Shown: positions 9,729 to 19,000 of the stretch, in pieces
How positions within the stretch are numbered: the first letter of the stretch is position 1
How the letters are laid out: every line of letters begins with the position of its first letter
Origin: Methanomassiliicoccaceae archaeon UBA472
Lineage (GTDB): Archaea > Thermoplasmatota > Thermoplasmata > Methanomassiliicoccales > UBA472
Assembly (NCBI GenBank): GCA_002497075.1
Contig: DAML01000026.1
Location: 128,493 to 192,492, forward strand
DNA length: 64,000 bases
Reading direction: 5' to 3'
Made by a program: the position numbers and the translations under genes
Notes under the pieces: model-generated
The model's input: the letters and a program-made list of their open reading frames with translations, nothing else
What the model was told of the DNA's origin: nothing
The model's database searches: none

Positions 9729-9743
9729 TATCAATAATTGATA
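9729..9743. promoter_or_regulatory. perfect 7-1-7 palindrome TATCAAT-A-ATTGATA upstream of the secreted peptidase gene
   Basis: Read directly from the sequence. It lies in an AT-rich intergenic region about 55-70 nt upstream of the 9800 start. Confidence 0.25.
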
Positions 9744-9799
9744 CTGACCCATCAAAACATTATATAACCCACAAGGAAATATTCGCTTTAAATCGCCCT

Positions 9800-12052
9800 A
9801 TGGGACTAGCCATAGTAAGGGGGCGGGAGGAGATGCATTTGATAAAGAATTTGTATAGAACGATAGCAGTGATGATCGCACTTACCATGCTAGTGGGTGC
9901 CTTTGCGGTTCTGCCTTATAGCGCCTCATCTGAGACCTTGGCGCAGCAGAACATCGCAGACCCCATCGGCATTGACGTTGGTCCTAGCATCAGGGCACAG
10001 ACCTATGATGCGGACGACATCGCAGCCAGCGCAGCTGAGAGGGGCTTGTCCCTTGAAGCGACGATGGCAGACAACTATGAGGTGAACGACTCCAACTACT
10101 ACTACACCTGGGGATATGGAAAGAGCAATTGGATGGTGTTCACCAAGAGGGCTGAGGGCACCAATTGCGAGATCTGGGTCGCGAACGACCTGAGCTTCCC
10201 TGCTGGCGACCCCAGGAACGATGGCCGCGTAGAGATTACCGACGACCAGGCTCAGTACATGGTCCAGGAATTTGACGAGGTCATTTATCCGATAGAGAGC
10301 GCCTACTTCTCAGAGGCGCCTCCCCTGAACGGCACGAACGCCGTGCTGCCTGAGGTGACCGGAGACCCCGCGGACTATTACAACACCACGGATGACGGTA
10401 AGGTCATGATAATGGTGTTCAACATCGTGGACGAAAGCTTCAATGACCCGACCTACCCGTATTACGTCGTTGGGTTCTACACCAGCAGCACCCCGTACTA
10501 CTACGACAGGAACATAATTCATATCGACTGTTGGGACTGGACCAACAGGACCGGAGAGTTCTCCGCCAGGCCCTATGTCTACGAGTCCACCTTCGCCCAC
10601 GAGTACCAGCACCTGCTGCATGACTACGTGGACAGCGGCGAAGATACCTGGATCAACGAAGGATGCTCCATGTATTCCGAGGCTCTTTGCGGCTATGGAT
10701 ATAGCTACTCCCACATAGCGGCCTTCTTCTACACCCCTGACAACTCACTGACCCAGTGGGGAGACCAGGGAGACATAAACATCCTGGCCGATTACGGCGC
10801 TGCATTGATCTTCATGATCTATCTGAACGACCACTATGGCGGGTCGGACATTATATCGGCGATCATGCAGAACCAGCTGAGCGGGCAGGAGGGCATCACC
10901 GACTCCCTGTGGTCGCTGGGATACAACCGTATGAGCTTTGACAGGGTGTTCCATGACTGGAGGCTGGCCAACCTGCTGTGGTCCGACGAGGTCGGAGGCG
11001 GGCTGTACAACTACAACAGCATACAGCTCTGGCAGATCGAACAGCAAGTGAACGTCCTGTGGTGGGATGGAGACTATACCTGGGGAACGGACTATGGCAC
11101 CACGAAGACCATAGAGTACATCGATGAGGACCAGCCCTGGCTCGGCCACATCGACACTGGCATCTCCCTGCTCAGCGCCTACGGTACGGACTATATCCAC
11201 CTGGACTTCGGATACATATCCGATAGCTGGGAACCGATCGGCACCGAGGAGGCCGCGGCCCGCCCGCCCATGTATGACCCGACCCTCGACCCCGAACCGC
11301 TGAAGTTCACCTTCGACGGCGACGACGAGGCGACAGTTCCCGGATGGGAGATCGTTGAGCTGATGGAAGGCGGATACGCCTGGTATTCCAACACCGCTGA
11401 CGAGGTAGACTACCTTTTAGCCATGGAGGTCGACCTGACCGCCCCGGCTAGCGAAGAAGGCGACTACCTGCACTGGCTGAACATAACCACTATCTGGGAC
11501 ATGGAGGACTATTGGGACTTCGGGTTCGTACAGGTATCTACCGACAACGGGGCTACCTGGACCTCCCTGAACGACACCGGTGACCTGTTCACCGAAGAGT
11601 ACGACCCGAGCGCCATGGAGAGCATTGTGGCCAACCTGCCCGGGCTGACCTCCTGGAACTATTCCTGGAATGACATCAGCTTCGATCTTTCGGCCTATGA
11701 CGGGCAGGAGATCCTGGTCGGGTTCCGCTACATGACCGACTGGGCCACCAACTACTATGGATGGCTTATCAGCGAGTTCCTCGTGGACGGCGTGGCCGTG
11801 GACCTGGAAGAGCTCTATCCGATCAACCCCGAGGTGGACTTCTTCCTGACCATCTACGTCCCGGAGAACGGCGCACACGGTGCCTTGGTCATGGACATAC
11901 CCACCATGGACATCGATGAGACCGCGACGAAGATCATGTCGACCCTCATGTTCTACTACGACGAGATGTACATCATCGTAACGCCGAACGAGGGACCAGC
12001 CGACTACGCGATCGAAGTCGAATACCGTGGCGCGGACATGCAGGTACGTTAA
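9800..12052 (+). CDS. secreted MA-clan (gluzincin) zinc metallopeptidase, 750 aa
   Basis: N-terminal signal/anchor (IAVMIALTMLVGAFAVLPYSASS). HEXXH motif (FAHEYQHLLH) is followed by a W-x-NEG third-ligand motif (TWINEGCSMYSE). The protein is acidic and Tyr/Trp-rich. Confidence 0.7.
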   Translation: MGLAIVRGREEMHLIKNLYRTIAVMIALTMLVGAFAVLPYSASSETLAQQNIADPIGIDVGPSIRAQTYDADDIAASAAERGLSLEATMADNYEVNDSNYYYTWGYGKSNWMVFTKRAEGTNCEIWVANDLSFPAGDPRNDGRVEITDDQAQYMVQEFDEVIYPIESAYFSEAPPLNGTNAVLPEVTGDPADYYNTTDDGKVMIMVFNIVDESFNDPTYPYYVVGFYTSSTPYYYDRNIIHIDCWDWTNRTGEFSARPYVYESTFAHEYQHLLHDYVDSGEDTWINEGCSMYSEALCGYGYSYSHIAAFFYTPDNSLTQWGDQGDINILADYGAALIFMIYLNDHYGGSDIISAIMQNQLSGQEGITDSLWSLGYNRMSFDRVFHDWRLANLLWSDEVGGGLYNYNSIQLWQIEQQVNVLWWDGDYTWGTDYGTTKTIEYIDEDQPWLGHIDTGISLLSAYGTDYIHLDFGYISDSWEPIGTEEAAARPPMYDPTLDPEPLKFTFDGDDEATVPGWEIVELMEGGYAWYSNTADEVDYLLAMEVDLTAPASEEGDYLHWLNITTIWDMEDYWDFGFVQVSTDNGATWTSLNDTGDLFTEEYDPSAMESIVANLPGLTSWNYSWNDISFDLSAYDGQEILVGFRYMTDWATNYYGWLISEFLVDGVAVDLEELYPINPEVDFFLTIYVPENGAHGALVMDIPTMDIDETATKIMSTLMFYYDEMYIIVTPNEGPADYAIEVEYRGADMQVR

Positions 12053-12114
12053 ACTCCAAACAAACCCTTTTTCCTTTTCCTTTTTATAATCCCTGAACAA
12101 TCACCGATTCCATA

Positions 12115-12190
12115 GGGCCCATGGTCTAGCGGTTATGACGACTCCCTTACACGGAGTAGGTCGCCGGTTCGAATCCGGCTGGGCCCACCA
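12115..12190 (+). tRNA. tRNA-Val (anticodon TAC), 3' CCA encoded
   Basis: Hand-folded cloverleaf. Acceptor GGGCCCA/TGGGCCC, anticodon stem ACTCC/GGAGT, loop CTTACAC, T-arm GCCGG-TTCGAAT-CCGGC, discriminator A then CCA. Confidence 0.92.
12175..12188 (+). repeat. attL core CCGGCTGGGCCCAC (inside the tRNA-Val 3' end)
   Basis: Identical 14-mer at 29902-29915 in the same orientation. Confidence 0.6.
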
Positions 12191-12226
12191 CTTCTTATAT
12201 CCAGACAATTATTTTTTGAATTCAAT

Positions 12227-13426
12227 TCAATCGTTTTCAGCCTTTATAGCTGGCTCGGTACGAAACATGCTGTTGTATGTTTCATTGACCCGGGCGAACG
12301 CACGGTCAGCCTTGGCGCGGCAATAGTACCGCTCCGTCGTCTTCGTCGATGTGTGCCTCATGCTCAACGATACCTGATCTATTGAGACGCCGCCGTCCAA
12401 CGCCAGCTGCCCTCCGGTAGGCCGGAAGTCCTTCCACTTGAAGGCGATGCCCGTACGCTTCACTACGTCGTTCTTCAACCGCCCGAACGCCTGCTGTGTG
12501 TAGTAGCTTACGCCATTGCAGGAAACGGCCGGTATCAGCGGTTCCGCGAACGCGATCCCCTTGGACCTGAGCATCTCTTCTCGTGCGCTGAGGTAATCGA
12601 GCGCGAAGGGCCTCAGGACGTCCGGTATCTGCAGGCGGCGAACTTCGCCGTATGAATCCTTGCCTTTCGGATTGGACACCAGGAAGGTCCACTTCCTCAC
12701 GTCCAAATCCCGCACGGACGCCTTCTGCAGCTCTCCCGGGCGCAATTGGAGGAAGGTGCACATGGTGACCGCGAAGCGGCACACCTCGCTCTTCCAACCT
12801 CCGAGAGCCTCGCAGGCATCGATTATCGCCTGCAGCTCCTCCTGCTCCAGGGAGAACGGCTCCCGGTGGTCGCACCCTATGCGGATACGCCCGGTCCTCA
12901 GCAGCTCCTCGATGACGTGATTACCGCCCTCCAGGCACACCTCCTTCAGCAGTTGCGTTTGCTTCCGGACGGTAGACCATTTTGGCGGCATCCCCCTCAC
13001 CTTCCTGTTCTTCAATGCCAGATATATCTCGATGGCGTCGTTCCCTGTGAACAGGTAGGGGTTCGAGGTGCTTATCGTGCCCTTGTCATTGAGGTCTTGC
13101 ACGATCGAGGCGATGAAGTGCAGTTTGCGCTCCCTCTCCTCTATCGTGCCTTCGCCCAAACGGGCACGGGCGTTCTTCAGGTATTGTCGATAGGCGCACA
13201 CGAAGGGATATCGACCCATTGTCTTCCCTCTCCTGTGCCCTGTCCGGGAACACGTGTTCCGTCGGGAGGAATTCCTTCCTCCTTTCGTATCAGACGTTCC
13301 CGAGGCGAGTTTTCCGCGTTTGAGCGGTATCCTCTCCTTGGAAGGAGAAGAGACGGTGAGATTACTTAAGTCTTGAGCAGGCCAGCTTCTCTCATGTGAG
13401 TGAATTGCCGGTCTTTTCCTTCTCAT
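12227..13426 (-). CDS. tyrosine recombinase / phage-type integrase
   Basis: C-terminal catalytic region carries LRPGEL (Arg I), KDFRPTG and MRHTSTKTTERYY (His/Tyr box). The stop lies 36 nt from the tRNA-Val end. The basic N-terminal 69 aa is optional; an alternative ATG is at 13219. Confidence 0.85.
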   Translation of the reverse strand: MRRKRPAIHSHERSWPAQDLSNLTVSSPSKERIPLKRGKLASGTSDTKGGRNSSRRNTCSRTGHRRGKTMGRYPFVCAYRQYLKNARARLGEGTIEERERKLHFIASIVQDLNDKGTISTSNPYLFTGNDAIEIYLALKNRKVRGMPPKWSTVRKQTQLLKEVCLEGGNHVIEELLRTGRIRIGCDHREPFSLEQEELQAIIDACEALGGWKSEVCRFAVTMCTFLQLRPGELQKASVRDLDVRKWTFLVSNPKGKDSYGEVRRLQIPDVLRPFALDYLSAREEMLRSKGIAFAEPLIPAVSCNGVSYYTQQAFGRLKNDVVKRTGIAFKWKDFRPTGGQLALDGGVSIDQVSLSMRHTSTKTTERYYCRAKADRAFARVNETYNSMFRTEPAIKAEND

Positions 13427-13506
13427 TATCTCAGCGCCTTTCTGTTTATCCTGTCACGCTTTCTCCGCCGTTTTCGATAAAAAAAATAATTAAAAAGGGT
13501 TTGAGA

Positions 13507-13722
13507 TCAGGCTTCGTCCGACTCCTCTTCCGCGGATTCGTCCTCGATGTCCTCCTCTGATTCCATGCCGTGGAAGTCCTCGATGTAACGTCGAACAACG
13601 TATTCGAGGAAGTCCTCCACCGACATGTTCTGTTTCTCGGCTATCTCTACTGCCCGCGAACGCACAGGTTCCGGAAAGATCTCTTCAATGCTTTCATACA
13701 TTATTTCATCCTGCTCTCTCAT
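13507..13722 (-). CDS. small acidic protein, possible ribbon-helix-helix regulator/excisionase-like (71 aa)
   Basis: Sits directly upstream of the integrase on the same strand. The central segment VRSRAVEIAEKQNMSVEDFLEYVVRRYIE has an RHH-like helix-turn-helix pattern, followed by a poly-acidic tail. Weak evidence. Confidence 0.4.
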   Translation of the reverse strand: MREQDEIMYESIEEIFPEPVRSRAVEIAEKQNMSVEDFLEYVVRRYIEDFHGMESEEDIEDESAEEESDEA

Positions 13723-14078
13723 CGATCTCGAAAGAGCATTTGGTATTATTTTGGAAGGTCGTATATATTCCTCGTGTGAGCAGGATTTCCGCTTCTTTTC
13801 TGCTCAATTTTTTACGATCTGGCCTATCCATATATTTTTAAACAGTTTTGTTACCACAGTGCTCGAGTATTTCCGAAAAATATCGAAATCGGAAATCCTT
13901 TGAGACACTCAATTATTAATCGATTTTTTAGCCGAATTAAAAAAGTTTTTTTTCAGAGAGTGCGGTGAAAAATCTATAAAAAATGGCTTAGATGTGCAAT
14001 TCGGACATGAGCATTCGCCCAGATCGAAAGAGTAGGAAACTATCGTCCTCTATGTAAGACAAGGTTGGTTGGAAAATG

Positions 14079-14681
14079 TTATTTCATTCCTATATGGGAT
14101 TTTCGACGGCGGAAGATCATTTCGGCCATGCAGTTGTATGCACCGTCAAATGCGCTATCGTTATTCTCCTGCAATGGTGGAAACGACCTTATCTCTCCTT
14201 TTGCCAATTCCCAATGGGGACAATGTGCTGGACACTCTGAGTTCCCTGGGCCGGGATGGATCAGGCAATCATGATCTCTGATATCTGGATGGGCCAAACA
14301 GAAACACCTGATGAACTCCTGCGGTGGGATGGCATGGAAAATGCATAATCTTCCCGCATACTGCTTACTGCACTTTGAACAATTATTGAATGGAACGTTC
14401 TCGAGCACCATTTTAGCATGTTCGTTGACCGTTTTGATCGACAACGCGAATTCTTGGTAAAACAGATCCGGGTCTTCATCCATCATTATGCTTTCACCCC
14501 GGGCGGTCATCCATATGTTATATGGCCATGATGACATGGTTGTTGTCACAGAGTCTTCAGTTCTCAGAGAGTCGACCTCCCTCCCTGTTCTGTGCAGTTT
14601 CATGAGTCCGTGGCGCATGGCACAACATAGCGCACCTTCCTCGGGTCTTTTCTGGACTTCTTCATTCGCCATATCGATCAT
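14079..14681 (-). CDS. hypothetical Cys/His-rich protein (200 aa)
   Basis: Longest ORF in the AT-rich part of the island. The C-terminal half has dense C/H spacing (CSKCSK..C..H, CFCLAH, HDCLIH, CPAHCPH), suggesting zinc binding. No family recognised. Confidence 0.45.
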   Translation of the reverse strand: MIDMANEEVQKRPEEGALCCAMRHGLMKLHRTGREVDSLRTEDSVTTTMSSWPYNIWMTARGESIMMDEDPDLFYQEFALSIKTVNEHAKMVLENVPFNNCSKCSKQYAGRLCIFHAIPPQEFIRCFCLAHPDIRDHDCLIHPGPGNSECPAHCPHWELAKGEIRSFPPLQENNDSAFDGAYNCMAEMIFRRRKSHIGMK

Positions 14682-14782
14682 TTCATACCCATTCCTATTC
14701 CATCAACGACCATTAGAATCTATTGAGGTTAACGATATAGTTGAGTTGATACATATTTTTATTTTATTATTATAAACCCAAT

Positions 14783-14800
14783 TTCACTCACATGAGTGAA
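14783..14800. promoter_or_regulatory. 8-2-8 inverted repeat TTCACTCA-CA-TGAGTGAA in a divergent intergenic region
   Basis: Read directly. It lies between the divergently oriented ORFs 14079-14681 (-) and 14858-15190 (+), in very AT-rich DNA. Confidence 0.3.
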
Positions 14801-14857
14801 TTACTGGCTATCGAAAATTAGGGTCAAATTAATATATTTATATTTGTTAGTTGAGAG

Positions 14858-15190
14858 TTGGTAAAAATGATAAAAACGAAAAGGAACAGAATCGAAAAGA
14901 ATGATGCCAAACTCGATTTAGAAAAGATCAAGGTCGGAGATGTGGTGGCCATCGAGTGGCTTGACGTCCACGCATACGAGAGAATACGGTTGGACGAGAT
15001 CCGTGACCTTGAAGAGCCCGGCGCCACTCGTTGCTGGGGAGCGGTGGTCCGGCTGTCGGAAAGTTACATCTTCATCGCCCACGAGATCGGCGATAATGAT
15101 GCGGATGGAGTATGGATTGAAGCTCTGCCCTACGGGATGATCCGTTCATGTAATATTATCAGTTGTGTTGAGATCGAACTTGATCAGTAG
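14858..15190 (+). CDS. hypothetical protein (110 aa)
   Basis: ATG ORF with protein-like composition, divergent from the 200-aa ORF. No family recognised. Confidence 0.4.
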   Translation: MVKMIKTKRNRIEKNDAKLDLEKIKVGDVVAIEWLDVHAYERIRLDEIRDLEEPGATRCWGAVVRLSESYIFIAHEIGDNDADGVWIEALPYGMIRSCNIISCVEIELDQ

Positions 15191-16030
15191 CAGGATAATA
15201 AAAGTGGGTTGTGACTTCAGTCTTTTTTGTCGACTTAAAGCGATTGAACATTTCTTCTCTATAACGGGTCAGCACTCCACAGTAACAGTTCAGTTGAATT
15301 TTCGACTCAACTCAACCATCGTTCACACAGGATTCGTCTTCTGGCCGCCTCATTATTAAAGTCTTCAAAGACTTTCAAAAAAGTGAAAAAGACTTACATT
15401 CGATGCCTAATGAATAAATGACTTCTGTCAGAGTCTTTCTTTTAATTTGAAGGATGACTGTAATGTTGGTTTAATAAACTCCATCATCAAAGACAGACCC
15501 TCTGTCATTTCATTTACAGATCGTCCCCGTTGATCACCAAGACAACATTACACGTTGGGGGGGGGTCTCAAAACGAATGGGATATTATGTTTAATCAACT
15601 CCACCTAATGATAGGAGAAAATTCGTAATAATCCCGAACTCACCAGTTGATGGTGCTATTCGAACGAAATAATTTGGTGAATAGATGCTGACGTATTGGT
15701 GTCCAGTACTGAAAGCATCAACGTTTCTACTACAGAACGACATAGTTGGGTGTCAAGGAAATGTAGGATCACATAATGGGCGTTCCGGGAGGAGGAGAAC
15801 GCTGCTTCATACGCAACAAAGGGCATTCCGGTGCAAAAGATTGAACGTTTGCGGTCCATGCTGCAGGGAACGATGACCACTCACGCTCGTAGGAATCAGA
15901 ATGGTTCGATGCTCCATCAATCATACCATCGGAAACGACAGCCAAACCGGCATGGTAGGTTATGATTCCGTCGATAGCATATGTCAAATCCATCGTTTAC
16001 GACAACAATTATTATTTTTAGAAACATAGG

Positions 16031-16046
16031 TATATAATTTAAATAT
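16031..16046 (+). promoter_or_regulatory. TATA-box-like element (TATATAATTTAAATAT) upstream of the giant gene
   Basis: AT-rich box 33-48 nt upstream of the ATG at 16079, consistent with an archaeal TATA box and a short leader. A purine-rich GGGGAAGAAGG precedes the ATG. Confidence 0.35.
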
Positions 16047-16078
16047 CAAACAATGTCCTCTTCATCCGGGGAAGAAGG

Positions 16079-19000
16079 ATGAGGGAAGCCAGCCTCAAAT
16101 TGATTAGCGTAGCTTGTGCTCTGATCATGGTCCTGACCGTGTTTCAGGTAACGACGACGAACGCATCTGCTAGCGATCCAGGCGAGATCGCAGAAATCAA
16201 TCCGACAATACACGATCACCGTCAATTGACCATCTCGAACGAAGGAGCAGTGTCTCCGGCATCGGCGATGTCATCGGAAGGAACGCTCCATGTGGTTTGG
16301 GTGGACATGACCTCAAGCGGTGTAGAACTTAGTTATAAGCAATCCATCGACAACGGAACCTACTTCACTCCCGATCTTATAATATCCTCAAATTTCTATT
16401 CCATAACAAACATTTCTATTTCCTGCCAGAACGACCTGGATATAGGCATTGCGTTCGAAGGATGCCTGGACGAAAGTTCGGATCCCACGGTCTATCTGTT
16501 GTGCTCATCCAACGGTGGCCTGTCTTGGAGCCAAGCGTACCAACTGTGCGAGGGTTCCTCTCCATCAGTGTTTGCGAGGAACGGGTGCCTTTATCTCGGA
16601 CTAACAAGACCATACAACAATTCCTTCGTTTTCTCCATATTGAACTTCACGATAGATGACAACGAGGTTGTGAACAGCGCATCAATGATATCCCTGTCGA
16701 TCGGTGAAGGCTTCGGGAAGATCACTGGTGATGAGTCAGAAATATATTATGCGGTCCGATGCAGCGATGGTATAACCTATGGAAGCATAGACTACGACGG
16801 GCACCAGGTCGATACCAGCAGGTATGTCAGGAACATATACTCTGGTAATGTGTCAGACCTCGATATGCTTCTCAGCGATGACAGGCTATTCATCGTCTGG
16901 TCACTCAACGACGATGTTGATGCATACATCTTTGGTCTGATCTCATCAAGCGATCATCAATCCTGGGCCGGAATTGATGTCTCGAACGCCGAGGGTGGTT
17001 TCGGGTCGGTCTCTGTCACTGCCTGCAGCACAGGTTTTTTCGTCGCCTGGGAGAATGATACCAAGGCATGGACGGAGATAACCGCGTCTCAGCTATCTTC
17101 GGATGGTACCATCACCATCGATGCGATGCGGCTATCCACCGATCGCGTAGAATCGGCGTGCCCTTCGGTCACGACCGATGCGAACGGAGAGGTGGCCGGC
17201 ATATGGGTCGAAGAGCACTACCAGACCACGGAACTGTTCTTCTTCCAGGACATCCTTTTCAAATCCCTCGACATTCGTTCGATGGAGGAATACATCGCCT
17301 CTTTGGATGACGATATCTTCACCAGTTCAACAGCCAGACCCGAGCTTATCGCATCGATCGAACTTATTACGGGGTGCATGGACAATGCTGACGATGAGGG
17401 TGCCATAACCGAGATCGGGTCCCTATTGTCTAAGGTCGACGGGTTCATTGGTGGGGCAACGGGCAACGACCTCATAGATTCGTTCCCAGTTCAGATCAGG
17501 ATATATGATGTGCTATTGTCTGTAAGAGATACGCTGTCAAGCAGCGAATGCCCGACGGGCATGGCGATCTCGAACCTTGCATCCGCACGTGACAGCAATT
17601 CAGCCGTAATCACATGGACGACATCCTCTGACGCCACATCTGTCGTGGAATACGGCATCGATCCATCCTACGGGAGCATCGCCACCGGCGTGAGTGGGAC
17701 CTCGCACACAGTAACGATCACAGGGCTGTCCGCCTCCACCACCTACTACTACAAAGCCAGATCGATGTCTACGATCGATCCGTCGTACACAGCAAGCAGT
17801 GCTTCAACTTTCACGACGGATGACAGCCTGAACTTTATACGTGCTCTCGGCACCGATTCCGATGTCATCTATATCTCCTCTTCATCAGTCCGTATTCGAT
17901 GGACAACGTCAATAGAAAGCACATCCGTCGTTGATTATGGGCCCACATCTTCATATGGCAACACAGTCGACGGAACCAGCGGCGTTTCGCACTCCGTGAC
18001 GATAACTGGACTATTGGCGGAAACGCTGTACCATTACAGGGTCAGATCTGTGTCATTGTCCGATCCATCGGATATGATCAGCGGCACCGATGCCAACTTC
18101 ACCACGAACGCCGCCGAGGTCTCCAGCGCCACGGTCACGGTCCTGAGCTCAAGCTCCGTCACCATCGCCTGGGCGACCTCCCTTACCAGCACATCCTATG
18201 TCGATTATGGCAATACCTCGTCATACGGGAGCACCGCAACAGGAACGAACGGCACATCGCACTCGGTTACTCTTACTGGACTATTGGCGGCTACCGCATA
18301 CCATTTCAGGGTAAGGTCCATATCCTTGACCAACGACACGAACGTGGATTGCAGCGCTGACGGATCATTCACCACAGGTTCTGCAGAGATATCCAGCGTA
18401 ACGGTAACGATGAGCGGTTCCTCCGTCACCATCACCTGGACGACCACGTCCACGCGCACCACGGTGGTTGAATACGGCACCGACTCTTCATATGGGAACA
18501 TCATGACTGGAGTGAGCGGCACTTCGCACTGGGTGACCATCACAGGACTTTATCCCTCCACGACGTATCATTTCAGGGCGAAATCTGTCTCGACCTCCAC
18601 CTATTACAGTACCGACAGGACATTCACCACAGGCATTTCTGCAATATCAGACATAGTGATCTCGATAGGATCGACATCCACCATCATCACCTGGACGACC
18701 TCCTCTCCAAGCGGAACGTCGGAGATCGAATACGGAACCGATTCCTCCTACGGATGCTCAGCGACCGGTACGACGTCTGGCAATTCGCACACTGTAACCT
18801 TGACGGGGCTCTCCTCGTCCACGACGTATTATTTCCGAGCGAAGACAGTGCGCAGTCAGGACATTTACTACAGCGTTGAAACGGTCTTTTCCACCCCAGC
18901 TATCACTATCAGCGACATAAGTATAATCTCCGTCAGCCCCAGCTCGATTGCCATCACCTGGACCACATCCCTCAGTGGTACGTCCGTGGTAGATTACGGC

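Noticed and set aside
13399-13408. The 10-mer TGAGTGAATT is shared between the integrase 5' coding region and the 14793-14802 palindrome arm
   Set aside because: A single shared 10-mer within a few kb is within chance expectation, and one copy is inside coding sequence.
15656-15993. Two adjacent minus-strand ORFs (74 aa each) in different frames that could be one frameshifted gene
   Set aside because: There is no recognisable family on either side of the putative shift, the region is AT-rich, and the junction cannot be verified without homologs. I did not call it a pseudogene.
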